Below are positions 52,341 through 64,000 of a DNA stretch of 64,000 nucleotides, one piece after another. The stretch is from positions 24,056,001-24,120,000 of the forward strand of contig NC_082709.1 in assembly GCF_030144855.1 (NCBI RefSeq), given 5' to 3'. Under the pieces are notes generated by a model. The model worked only from the letters and a program-made list of their open reading frames with translations, was not told the DNA's origin and did no database searches. Numbering within the stretch: position 1 is the stretch's first letter; every line of letters begins with the position of its first letter. The stretch comes from Hypanus sabinus (Eukaryota). A program made the translations under genes and the position numbers.

Positions 52341-53202
52341 TGACTAAGAACTTTGAGTGTGAAAGACCCCAAGCACACTGAATAACACCACATTCAAGAG
52401 AAAATAATGTTTTTTTATTATTTTCATACAGTGCAAGCATGTTTTTTTTCTCTAGAGCCATCTGCTGGCATGGACAAGATTTCAGAAGTCCAGAGCTGGA
52501 TGAATTAGGCAGAGGCCCACATGATTTAAGGCCTCCATTTTCCTAGGCTAAGCCAATGGCAAAGCTAATATATTAATTAATAATTATCAATATTACCTGA
52601 TTTCATTGGCATTGATTGAACTATATAAATAAGATATGCATTTAGACAGCTTCATTCACAAGAAGCAGTTTTGGACAACGCAAGCCGGGAGAAGCAAGCT
52701 GTTAGAAGACTATTGTCTCTTTGAGAAGACAGACCCTTGACCTCACAATCTTTGTCATGGTCCTTATTGTCTGCCTACATTGCACTTTTTTTTAACAGTA
52801 ATGCTTTATTCTGCATTTTCTTTGCACTACCTCAATACTGATGTGATGAAATGATCATATGTAAAACAAAGTTTTTCACTGTACGTTTGACAATAACAAA
52901 CCAATTTAACATCCTTCATCAGACAGTAACTTGCTTCAAGGAGAGCTCTCAAAGCTGAAAACAAAAAGAGAAGGGATGAAAGGAGAAAACCGCCTTGTCA
53001 TACATCTTTTGCACATTGGTTGTTTGTCCATCATTGTAGTTTTTCACTGATTCCCATTGAATTTCTTTGTACCTACTGTGAATGCTCACAAGGAAATGAA
53101 TCTCAGGGTAGTATAAGGCAACATAAATTTACTTTGAATTTTGGTGACATTGATGCAATTTCAAAAAAGGCACACCAGCAGCCATACTTAATTACACAAG
53201 TA

Positions 53203-53722
53203 CCTGAAAGAATTGAATTGGTTTTAATGACTGTAGTATTGGGAATTCTGATAGGATTTTCTTACATTAGCTAAGATATGACACTTGAATGGTGTATGCA
53301 AAATTATTTTTTCTTTCTCCTTGGGGGATAATGTTAAAATCAAGTGTGTTATATAGTTTTTATTAAAACAAAACCAGTACACATCTCTCAAGATACCTAA
53401 TTGCATGTTCCATTTTGAAAACCACGTTGCAATCTTCAAAATGTGAGCATTAAGCACATTATTTCAAAAAGTAAATCCAATTCCTGAAAGTCTGAAAAGG
53501 CTAAGACTTTAGAAAGTATAAGAAGTCCAAAGGAACAGAATGAACAGAAAAGCTCGCGGAATCATAGAATTTGAAAGAAAACCCTGCAATAAGTATAGAC
53601 CTACAGAGAATGTGGGTGAAGCAAACAAATGAATAATAAAACTAAATTGGTTATAAAGATAAAAGTGAAAAATTCCTATCAGAATTCCCAATACTACAGT
53701 CATTAAAACCAATTCTTTCAGG
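53203..53722. mobile_element. Unclassified TA-flanked inverted-repeat element (MITE-like)
   Basis: About 55-bp arms CCTGAAAGAATTG(AATTG)GTTTTAATGACTGTAGTATTGGGAATTCTGATAGGA at both ends in inverted orientation, TA outside each. Confidence 0.7.
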
Positions 53723-56700
53723 TATTTTTAAACACATTGCTTGTTGCCAATCCCCAGTTATCACTTGTGAGCACACATGTACAAACACACATTCTGATCA
53801 GTAGTTTTTGCTTGTGAATTTTTACTCAGTATTGTTTAGTTCCAATTCATCAGGGATAAAGAAAGCTCTCGTCATCCATCCATTTGTGTGCACACCAGAA
53901 TTATGTATCACAAGTCTCAACAGAAATCAATAAAGCTGCTTCGATAATTTGTAAGGTATGTGAAAATGTTGAGATCCAATTTTGATGTTCTGTAGCATGA
54001 GAGTATGATTTTTTTTCCTGATCTGAGGACACAATTTTGGTTCGGAATGTTGTTTTCTTCAATTGTGTGCATGATCTGTATTTTTTTTCTCTTTGACTTG
54101 CTCATCAAGTACTGGTCTTGTATTTTGTTATGCAACACATACAAAATGCTGGAGGAATTCAGCAGGCCAGGCAGCTTCTATGGAAAAAAAGTACAGGTGA
54201 CTTTTTGGGCCAAAACCCTTTTTTGCATTTTGTGTGTGTTGTTCAGATTTCCAGCATCTGCATATTTTCTCTTGTTTCTATTTTATTGTTATTCTTCCTT
54301 TTCTTTAATTGAGTTCTTTCAGGTTTCCTGGTTTGTGGCTACCTGTGAGCAAGCAAATCTTAAGGTTGTATAATTTATACATCTTTGATGATAAATGTGC
54401 AGTACTTGAATCTTGAATCCTACATATTTTCAGAAATACAAATGATTTTCAAGCCAAACACTTAGTTTATATAAGAAAATAGTCTGATATTCATACCAAA
54501 CAGGTTCACCTCTGAAGCATATTGCTATGAGTGTAGATTTGAATAAAAATAGTTTTAAGGCATGTAATCAGCATGGAATTAACTCTGCACAAATTGGACC
54601 AGCAGAGGAAAACTAGGAATGAAAAAAATAGAAAATATAAGAATGTTACAATACTCAAAAAAAAGCTGCCCAGTAATTTAAAAGGAACTTTAAATTAAAA
54701 GTGGTTAATAGGGTACATAATGGAAAGTGATTCTGTGCAAAGGAATTCAAAGGAAGCAGCCAAATCTGAGATATTAATAAATCCAAGAGGAAGTTCAGGG
54801 GAAGTTATTTAGTGCTGAGTGCCTGGAACTAATTAATCATCAGGTGTAATTGAGCCAAATAAGTTAAATTTATTTATGTGAAAGCTAGATTTATTATTGA
54901 AGGGCAAGAGAATGGAAGAATACATTGACAGGGTGACATGAATAAGACTTTATGAATATAAACTTCACTGAAGACCTGTGAATCAAATTGCAGCAGTGTT
55001 GTACTAAAATAGAATGTGCATGCCACAATATGAGGCATACATCCAAGGTTGCGATGAAGCTATTTCACTGGCTAAGATGTAGGAAAGTTTGCTCATCCTT
55101 CTGTTGGGTCATTGCTTCATGCATGCCGGAAATATAAACAAGGTACTATACAGTTCTCAAAGCCAAATGCCCTAGATGTAAGTTCAAGTAATCACACCGG
55201 TGCTAACATTTACAGCTTGCTCTTATTAGTGAGCTAGTAAACATGCTTTTGAAGTGGTCAAATCAGTGTTGGAACTTTTTAAACTGTCTATTGTTATTTT
55301 AGTTTTCAAATTTTAGATTGTTTTCACTACACAAAGCGTGACACAATAGGCAAAGTGTGATAGAAGAGTAAAATGGTGCAAATATTGAAATTTAAAAAAA
55401 ATTAAAAAAGTTAGCGATACCCAGCAGGTCAGGTATATGTGGGTTGGGAAACAGTTAACATTTCAGATCGATGATCTTCAATCGCACCTCTGGTCATCAA
55501 CAGTTAACTCTATTTGTCTGGCCTCAAATGCTACCTGATCTGCTGAACACGTCCACACTGTTTCTGTTTTTACTGATCCAGTGTGAGAATTACTTTTGAA
55601 TAATAATGTATTTTCTGCCTCACACTAGTCTTTAAAATAGGGCAATAAAATTACTTTTTTTTAAACATCATGTACTGGACAATCAAACAGCAAAATATCA
55701 TAGAGGAAAATAGGAATAGGAATGTAGAGAAAGCAGAATAGGCTGGAGAAAGTAGGGAAAAGAAAAGTGGGGGGGGGGTTAAAGAAAAAGAGTTGGAGGA
55801 AATGGAAGAGATAAATGGCAGTTGATGAGTGCAGTATAGGAAAGGCATCAGAAGGCTCTGGAAGAAAAAATAGAGTGAATAAAGAAAGATCATAGAAGTG
55901 TAGAATCAAGTGAATAAAGGAGAAGGATTTTGATGGGAATGTCAGGATGAGTGTTGGTAAGCTTTAGAATATCACTTTGGTGGACAGTAAGCTGCAGGAA
56001 AATTATCCAACTCTTCTGGGGATAGAAATGTTGAAAGACAGGGTAGTTCAGCCCTGTTGATATTCAATATTCCTCAGTGTTCTCCGGTGAATAATTTGCC
56101 ACACCTCAAACCTCTGATACCAAAGGAGATTCCAAATAAAAGTAGAGTGCTTGAAAGGAAACCTTATAAGGTGCTCATAAAATAAATGGCTGGTGTTAAC
56201 TTTCTTTTTAATGTAGCCTTCTTAGGTTCATGAGAAGAGTCGAATGGAAATATATCTCTTTCATTAGCATCAATAATCTGGAGATCAGTCAGAAACTAAA
56301 ATATGACTAGTTGAACAACTTTCCTGATCAGATTCATTTGAATTCATATATTTTATCTCCATATACTGTGTGTTGTTGTTTGAATTTCCAGCATCTGCAG
56401 ATTTCCTTGTGTTTGCCCATGTTGTATTTGCCTGCTCCAGCAGTCTGGCTGAAATAAGATACCAGACATCAGGCTTTGGGGGTACCGCTAAACTCTTGCA
56501 GGTTGCTTTTATTGTTGCTCACGTTGCCTTTTCAGCCTTACTGCTTTAAAAGCCTCTGTGCCTCAGTGACCATTTCAAGCATTGCTTAGCAGCCTCTGTG
56601 CATTTCAACGAAACCAAAGTCGGTGAGGTGTTTTTCAATTGTTAGCAAAGTGTATGTCCTACTAAATCAGAGATTATTTTTAATCTGCACATAAAAATTG

Positions 56701-57519
56701 GCCTAGAAATTCTCGTGTATTCTAAGTGAGTGTATAAAATGTTTGTTTCAGCAGTTTGCCAATGACTATTATGGGCCCACTTCTCCAAATTTCAGTGGAC
56801 CTGAGGTATCATTGAAAGGACATTGCACATTTTTGTGAGCATCAGGTCAGTGATTAGGCAAGTAGTTGGAGGCAAGGGTTTGCGGTCAGGCAAGATTGGA
56901 GAAAAAACGTGTGGATTTGATGTTGATGGCAACCTCATCTTGAGAAGGTGGTGATCAAGTTAATGGTTGAGGAGGTTGGGGAAGAGTCAGTAAATGCAGT
57001 TAAGTGGCCTGGAAGGTGGGAGAATGAAGAACAGTTAAATGGCCAAGTGGTGGAGTTGGGAATGTCTGTGTTTCAGGGTATCAGTGATGTTGGCCAAGCA
57101 GGGTATGGAGACAAGTCAGGAAAAGAGATCAACACCTCGGAAAGGAGATTAAGCATTTGGGTATTGTTCGATAGAGTGTGTGGAGAGGTTAAATCCAATT
57201 GTGGGTTAATCTTTGTGGGATTCCAATTTATTGTCATATTGAACAGATATAATTATCCTGGAAATAACCAATGATATTTGCCTTTAGGACAACGTGGTCT
57301 AATTTTCCCAGTGGAACTCTCAGTTCGGCTAGTGGCTTAATCGCTCATTGGCTAACGTGCCCCGTTATCCCTAGTCATAACCCAAGCATTGCTGCTACAG
57401 AGAAACCATTACCTTAGCAGTGAAACTCTACAGCATGTTACACTAGCAATATTCCAAAAGCATAGATTGAAAAATTATGGAACTTCATATACACATGATA
57501 CAATTTCCAAGCAGATCTC

Positions 57520-59130
57520 CATTTAAAACTCAGGATTACTGCAGAACATTCTGAGCCACAGATGACGTGCCGCAGAACAAGAGGATAGCTAATGTTCTGT
57601 CGTTTAGAAAAGGTTCAAACAATAAACCATGAAATTATAGGCCAATGAGCCTGATGTCAGTTTTGGGTAAATTACTGAGTGACAGGATATGTAATTATTT
57701 GGTTAGACAGGGCTGATTTGGAATAGTCAGCTGGGCTTTGTGTATGGCAGGTCATGTCCAACCTATCTTCGAGAGTGTTGCAAGGGTTAGGGTGACCAAA
57801 AGGTTGATGGAGGGAAGGTGGGGGACGTGTACATGGACCTTAGCAAGATCTTTAACAAAGTCCCACATGGGAGGCGGGACTAAAAGATTAAGCTGCTTGG
57901 CATTCAGAATGAATTAGTCAAATGGGTTCTATGTTAGCTTAAATGGAAAGCCAGAGTAGTCGTAGACAGTTGTCTCTCCGACTGGAGGCCTGTGATTACT
58001 GATGTGTCGCAGGGTTTGATGATGGTTGCTTATCTTCTATGTTAAGGTATTCANNNNNNNNNNNNNNNNNNNNNNNNNNNNNNNNNNNNNNNNNNNNNNN
58101 NNNNNNNNNNNNNNNNNNNNNNNNNNNNNNNNNNNNNNNNNNNNNNNNNNNNNNNNNNNNNNNNNNNNNNNNNNNNNNNNNNNNNNNNAAATGATTTAGA
58201 TGATAATGTGGTAAACTAGATCAGCATACTAACAGGTGACTCCATGTTTGAGGGCATAGTGGACAGTGAGGAAGGCTATCAAAGCATTGTCTGGTTCAGC
58301 TGGAAATATAGGCTAAAAAATAGTAGATGGAATTTAATGCAGACGTCTGTGGGGTGTTGCACATTGGGAGGATAAACCAGGTTAAGATTTACACAATGAA
58401 TGGTAGGGCACTGAGGTATCTGGTAGAACAAAGAGACCTGTGAATACAGATCCATAATTCCTTGAAAGTAGCATCTCAGATAGACTGGGTCAGAAAGAGA
58501 GCTTGTGGAACATTGGCCTTGACCAATCAAGGCATTGCGTGCAGGAGTTGAGATGTTATGTTGAAGTTGAATGAGATATCAGTGAGGCCAAATTTAGAGT
58601 GGTGTGTGCATTCCACATCACCTCCCTACAGGAAATACATCAATAAGCTTGAAAGGGTACAGAGAAAATTCATGGATGTTGCCAGGACTTGAGGGTCTGG
58701 GTCACAGGGTTGGGTTGAATAGGTTAGGACTTTATTCCCTTAAGTGCAGGAGAATGAGGATAGATGTGAAAGGGGTATACCAAGTTTTGAAGGGTGTAGA
58801 TAAGGTCAATGCATGCAGGCTTTTCCTCTCAGATTGGGTGAGACTAGAACTAGAGGTCATAGGTGTAGGGTGAAAGGTAAGATATTTAGGGGGAATCTGA
58901 GGGGCAATTTCTTCACTCAGAGGTTGGTGCGAGTGTGGAACAAGCTGCCAGTGGAAATAGTAGATGTGGGTTCAATTATAACATTTAAGAGAAGTTTGGA
59001 TAGGTAAATAGATGAGAGAAGTATGCAGGGCTATGGTCAGGGTGCAGGTAGATGTAACTGGGCAGTAAACCAGGCTGATATAGTCTAAATAAGCCAAAGG
59101 GCCTGTTTCTGCAATGTAGTACTCTATGAC
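57520..59130 (+). mobile_element. Decayed CR1 LINE spanning the second assembly gap
   Basis: AATTATAGGCCAATGAGCCTG (NYRP), GACCTTAGCAAGATCTTTAACAAAGTCCCACATGG, RTRGHRCRVKG..FFTQRLVRVWNKLP. Confidence 0.85.
58054..58188. other. Assembly gap (N run)
   Basis: Run of n. Confidence 1.
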
Positions 59131-60097
59131 TCTAAATGGTTGGAAGTATATTTTAATAACAACATTCAAATATATAATTGCTGTTGGATTCTTTATAAAC
59201 ATAATATTGGTAAATCTTTTAATATTGAAATGTCATAAAATGTAATAAAATGTTTGAATACTTATTTTAGAATGTTTTTGTAATTCTAACAAAAGTTTGT
59301 TACTAATTTAATTTTTTGTTTAAAATTTAAAAGTGAATATGATAGAAAGAGAAACAAAAGCTGCTTTGGATTTATCCATCAACTTACAGCCACTCTCAGT
59401 AGAGTTTCTGTTGTTATTGGCACATTCTATAGATCCATGATCCTGTCAGAGCAGAAAGTAACCATTTGTATGGCAGAATCATGGACTGTTATTACACCAT
59501 CAGAGGATTATGTCTTCCGCAACACACTGTACTTCTGATATTGGCAAGATTTAAGTACAATTAATTCAATGATGTGATCATGATGTCCACCAGGAAATTG
59601 TAGATTTAAAGAACTTGAGCTGTATTTGTTGCACCGGCATTCTTTCTACTTAGAAGTTCTCAGACCCTTCATTTATGAAATGTGTTCTGGAGAGGGTATT
59701 CCACAATCTTGTACCCAAGGCAGAGTGCAAACTGCGACATTTTCAGGAAACTACAAGCACAGTACTCCTAATTACCTGTGAACACCACCCCACATTAAGA
59801 GTACTAAAACAGAGAATCATATTTGATTTCCTTTGTTCACTTTAATAGTGAGATTAAACATTATTTGACATCATACCTTTCTTTAAAAGCTAGAGTAGGC
59901 CATATGGCCTTTCAAACATGTGCTGCCATTCAAAAAGATACATTTATTTTAATCAACTCCAGATTCTTATTCTATCACAATTTCTCTTATTCCAATTCCA
60001 TTTTCAAGTTTGTGATTTATCATTAACAGCATACTAGTAACATTCTCTGCATCATCTGTTTGCTCAAAATCATTTTAGGTTATAAACAGAACATTAT

Positions 60098-60414
60098 TTA
60101 GGCTTGTATATCATATACACTTACACAGCCATGTGAACGCATGGGACCAGGCAAATTCCCTATTATTTCCCAAGTATCTTTCTCGGGATCATATTTTTCA
60201 ATACTCTGCAGATAACTTCCCTTAGAATATGAGTATCCACCTGTAACATAAATGCAGCCATTCATCACCAATGCACCACATTCCATTCGTCTTTCATTCA
60301 TTTGGGTTATCTGTTTCCATTCATTCTTTTCTATGTCGTAACAATCAGTGATAGTTGTCTGTCCACCAACAAAGTAGATCTTGTTATATAAACCCACGGA
60401 GCACAGCCCATACT
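60098..60414 (-). CDS. KLHL23: Kelch-like protein 23, last coding exon (final Kelch repeats)
   Basis: EYGLCSVGLYNKIYFVGGQTTITDCYD...ERRMECGALVMNGCIYVTGGYSYSKGSYLQSIEKYDP...MRSHGCVSVY; TTTTTCTCTTCTAG acceptor; expected syntenic position next to SSB. Confidence 0.95.
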
Positions 60415-61334
60415 CTAGAAGAGAAAAATAGAACAACTGAATTATAAATATTCTTATAATAAGAACTGCATACATTCACTATTTCAACTTCTTTCCTGAC
60501 TCACAGTTCCTAAATTAAGGTCCTAAAATTTGCTGTTATTATATTTTAAAAAAAGCAATTCCAACATAGCCATTTTCATTTGTTTTCTCTACTGCAAACT
60601 TCATGAAGAGAAATTTAAGGTATTTCAGAAGTATTCAGTAAGAGTCTATAATTAACATTACACTGGTTGTAACTGTCTCTACCTTCTCATAACACTGCAC
60701 TAAAACTTCACGCAAAATCACTTCCCACTGTAATTTGAGTATAGTGTTTTGCTCAGCACTACTATTAAAACAGTGGACAAAGGGCACTACTTTCAAAGAA
60801 TGAAGTTCTCTGTGCAGGTAGTAGAATCAATTTCAATACACGTGAGCAAAATGTAGAAAACTGGAGAACACATTACAGGTATTTCTTAAGTAAGAGTGCA
60901 ATCAGTTACTTATTCCTGAACTCTTCCCCCACCCCAGAGTACTCCACATTACCATAAATCTAACCATATTATTTTCTTCAATTCTTCATGAATGCTTTTG
61001 AGCCTCGACTTTCTGTGAAACTAAACATTTTCCCATTCCTAATGTTCCAATTGCCTGTGGCTTCGCCTCTCTGGATTATTTCTAATGCTTCTGCTTCAGA
61101 CATTAGAATTTTCAGTCTCTTGCTGTAATTTGTCCTCACTGTTTTGAGTTCAGTGAATCCATGCCCAATGAAACATTGCTCATGGGATCTCTGGAACTCT
61201 TGAATCACTTCTAGTATGCAACACATTACTCTCTCAAAGGACCCAGCTCCATCTATTTGATTCAAGCCATTCAGTAAACAGAGAAATTCTGTAAACATAA
61301 TCCTTATGTAGTCATTACAGAAGCAGGGGCAATA

Positions 61335-61620
61335 CTCAAGGAGCTGGAGGTACTCTGTGGGTCAGGTAGCATCTATGGAAGGAAATGAACAATCAACATT
61401 TCAAATCAAAACCTCTCATTTGGACTGAAAGAGGGAATATAGCAAAATAAAAAAGGTGTATGAAAGAGGTCAATAAGACTGGAGGATTTGCGTGTGAATG
61501 TCTTCCTCACCTGAAAAGGCTTTTTTAGGGCTCTGAGTGGTGGTGAGGGAGGGCATATAGGGACAGTTGTTACCCCTCTTATGTTTACGCGGGAAAGTGC
61601 CAGGGTCAGGTGAGAAGGTG
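61335..61620 (-). mobile_element. Penelope-like fragment
   Basis: Terminal repeat (GGTCAGGTAGCATCTATGGAAGG) and PGTFPRKHKRGNNCPY motif preceding the GIY-YIG domain. Confidence 0.6.
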
Positions 61621-62279
61621 GAAGGATGGCTTATGTACAAACTACATTCCAAATAAATTTTACTTAATTTCTTCATCAAGCTAATGTGTAGATGGTATCC
61701 AAGTCTGTCAGTTCTATATTGTCCCCCTTTCCTCCGAAACAAATGGGGACTGCTTTCTCATCAGCAGCTATTTTTCTTAAGGGACATGCATTATGCCCCT
61801 TTCTGAAGCAGTTTTGCCCCATGTCATCTTGCAAAGGAACTCCAAGGAGCAAAGTCTGTTCCATGGTTTATCCCTACACAGTTTACAGCCTTCCCACTTT
61901 TGGCATCAATGTAACCCATTGGTTTCCCACCAAACACACATGTAACATCTGCATTACATTGCAATGAAAATAAATCAATGTCTATGTTAGTTCTGATACT
62001 AATTACATAGTAATTTTCTATTACTATTACATCTCCAAACTAGTGCTTATTCCTTTGAATGTTAGGTCCAGTGTGTCAAACAATCTACCTGAATTCTCTC
62101 ATTTACCAACCCAAGAACTAAACATCCAACAGCACCTGAACAAAATAGAGTTGAGAATTGCAAATTAATGCCTATGTCTTTAATCTGACCACATTTTTGC
62201 TGAGAGTTTCCACTGGTGCCTTTTTGCTCAGAACAAAGTTGTAGCTCAGGGAAAATTGTTTGAACCACATTCACAGCAG

Positions 62280-62569
62280 CTTGTAGAATAAGTACTAGTA
62301 TGGATGTATAAAACAGTTTTGCATGTTCATTGCAGTACATATTAATAAAATTATAAATTACAATAAGTAGATATAAAAATACATTAAATAAATAGTGCAA
62401 AATGAGAGAGGGAAAACACTGAGGAAGTGTTCGTGGATTCAGCGTCCATTCCGAAATCTGATGGCAGAGGGAAAGAAACTGTTCTTGAAATATCAAGTGA
62501 GTGACTTTAGGCTCCTGTACTTCCTCCTTGATGGTAGCTATGAGAAGAGGGAATGTCCTGGGTGATTGG
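62280..62569 (-). mobile_element. Rex1/Babar LINE 3' tail interrupted by the LTR element
   Basis: GTCCATTCCGAAATCTGATGGCAGAGGG is the reverse complement of the tail at 20775-20800. Confidence 0.7.
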
Positions 62570-62767
62570 TGTTGTGTATTTAATATTTCAATAATATTTG
62601 AGTAATATTGAATATATATTGATTGCTTAAGCATTCTTGTTCATTTAAATAATTCATTACAGGTTATATGTCATCACTAAAAGTGGAGAACAAAATAAAA
62701 CTTACATTACTGGTTCTGTTCTTTTCCTTTGAATTAGTTTAATGGTTCAAAGCTACAAAACATAACA
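62570..62767 (+). mobile_element. 5' LTR (198 bp) of a Gypsy-type retrotransposon, followed by a primer binding site
   Basis: TGTTGTG...CATAACA inverted termini, internal AATAAA at 62694, PBS-like TGACGATGAGG at 62769-62779. Confidence 0.8.
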
Positions 62768-62992
62768 GTGACGATGAGGTATTTTTAAAATGAAGCTGGG
62801 ACAGCTACCGACCTATTGAAATGCAGTGAGACATTTGAGCTAATGAAAAAGCACAGAAAGGAACAGCGTGTAGAAAACAGTGCAACAGATGCAGAGACAG
62901 TCGAGTTAACAAAAAGGTAGAAACAGAAGAATTCATAGATTCATAAGTAGTGAGTACCGGGTAATAATAAACATAAATTAAAAAGAGTAGAA

Positions 62993-63294
62993 ATGGCTGG
63001 CTGTATTGACATGTTCAATTGCTCAATAGGTAACTGGCTCATTTATACTAAGCTAACTGAACATTACTTTGAATCAAGTAAAACAGCCAGTGAGAAACAA
63101 GTACCAATTTTGCTGAGTGCATTGGTTTTAAAGGCATACAATTGCTTCAAAGTTTATCTGCTCCAACCAAACCAGCTGAAATGAGCCTTGCTGATATTGT
63201 GAAAGTAATTCAGGAATATGTAGAACCAAAACCATTGTTGGTTGCAGAATGCTTCAGGTTTCATAAGCAGAATCAAAAGGAAGAGGAGTCCATT
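62993..63294 (+). pseudogene. Gypsy gag N-terminal remnant (frameshifted)
   Basis: MAGCIDMFNCSIGNWLIYTKLTEHYFE...KQVPILLSAL then MSLADIVKVIQEYVEPKPLLVAECFRFHKQNQKEEESI, matching the gag motif P..I.ERF.F..R.Q..GES. Confidence 0.8.
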
Positions 63295-63782
63295 TGGCTT
63301 TTATGAGTATAAAGAACCATAATCTACAATGTATGCATGATATTAAGGTTATTGCATGAGGTTCAAGTGGGAGACAAAAAACTGCTTGTAAAAGTAGATG
63401 CAAAGACAAAAACCAAGCTGGATGAATGGACGGCCAAAAAGAAAGAAGTCAATGGAGATTTAAAAACAGAGGAGTCATCAGATGATGTTGTGGATGAAGA
63501 AACTAGCAGGAGAGATCAGATCGTAGGAGTAATAGAAGGATTAACAGTTCACTCTAGTGAACTATATGCCCCTACCTAAGATCAAGATGCACATCCTAGA
63601 AAGAAGGAAGGCAAGAAAAAGAAAGATAAGAAGTTGAAAAGATAGAGAGAAAGAACATGAGTGTGGAAGAAGGAATGTGGGAAAGAAAACATGGGATAAA
63701 AAGAGAGAAAAAGCTGAGACAAGGAGAGAAGCAACAATCTAAGTAGATCCAGAGTGAAAAGCCGTGAAAAGGAAAAGAAACG
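63291..63782 (+). pseudogene. RBM25: Processed RBM25 fragment (RRM C-terminal half to RE/RD-rich region) inside the LTR element
   Basis: FGFYEYKEP*STMYA..LRLLHEVQVGDKKLLVKVDAKTKTKLDEWTAKKK...DEETSRRDQIV..IEGL..HSSELYAPT*DQDAHPRKK versus RBM25 FGFCEYKEPESTLRALRLLHDLQIGEKKLLVKVDAKTKAQLDEWKAKKK...DEETKRRDQMIKGAIEVLIREYSSELNAPSQESDSHPRKK; contains stops and frameshifts. Confidence 0.9.
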
Positions 63783-63969
63783 CTTCCAGGGCTATCAGAA
63801 CCAGTTCCTGCAGTATCAGCATCAACTCCTGCAACCACCACAGAGGAGATCCAAACCTGAGATTGTTTCACAGCCACATGTCTCACCTGCCAAGCAGAGT
63901 GATCCTCCTTGTCAGGAAAGATATTATCCCACAAGAGTAAGACATCCTCCAGAACGATTAAGTCTTTAG
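63783..63969 (+). pseudogene. Gypsy pol C-terminal tail remnant
   Basis: P/S/T-rich linker ending ERYYPTRVRHPPERLSL-stop, the R-Y-P-x-R-x-R-x-P-P-x-R-L ending typical of these pol proteins. Confidence 0.75.
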
Positions 63970-64000
63970 GCCTGAATAGGACAAATTAAAATTTACTATG

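Noticed and set aside
60415-60475. N-terminal extension of the KLHL23 ORF in the ORF track
   Set aside because: Intronic read-through upstream of the polypyrimidine/AG acceptor at 60415
61640-61970. Possible extra KLHL23 exon or transposase remnant
   Set aside because: Translations show no Kelch or other motif I can support and no clear splice pair
62062-62634. 190-aa minus-strand ORF
   Set aside because: Runs across the LTR edge, a LINE tail and unique DNA; chance fusion of repeat sequence
63337-63579. A functional RBM25 gene or exon
   Set aside because: In-frame stops and frameshifts on both sides, no splice signals, embedded between gag and pol remnants

Overview
Vertebrate genomic DNA, most likely a cartilaginous fish (ray/shark-type repeat landscape: HE1/V-SINE-type SINEs, abundant CR1, Rex1/Babar and Penelope fragments, Tc1/Tigger elements). 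It carries the conserved UBR3-METTL5-SSB-KLHL23 block: UBR3 first coding exon (minus, 14310-14737), the complete 7-exon METTL5 (plus, ATG 24729, stop 43317, 208 aa), the complete SSB/La gene (minus, 11 coding exons 49204-43422, 402 aa, CpG promoter about 51.4-51.85 kb) and the last coding exon of KLHL23 (minus, 60098-60414). Exon phases of METTL5 and SSB were checked by hand and join in frame. Most intronic and intergenic sequence is decayed mobile DNA, and there are two N gaps. The most striking signal is repeated capture of host sequence by mobile elements. (1) A Gypsy-type LTR element (from 62570) has most of gag-pol replaced by an apparently spliced RBM25 mRNA fragment. (2) A TA-targeting Tigger/pogo-like DNA transposon (3264-4260) carries an ITS2/28S rRNA 5' fragment. 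(3) Tc1-family composites are built from tiny hairpin MITEs acting as new ends. Also notable: a 59-bp x3 tandem repeat just upstream of the METTL5 ATG with one short uORF per unit, and METTL5/SSB stop codons only 104 bp apart with a poly(A) hexamer overlapping the METTL5 stop. Repeat family assignments and boundaries come from visual recognition and are approximate.
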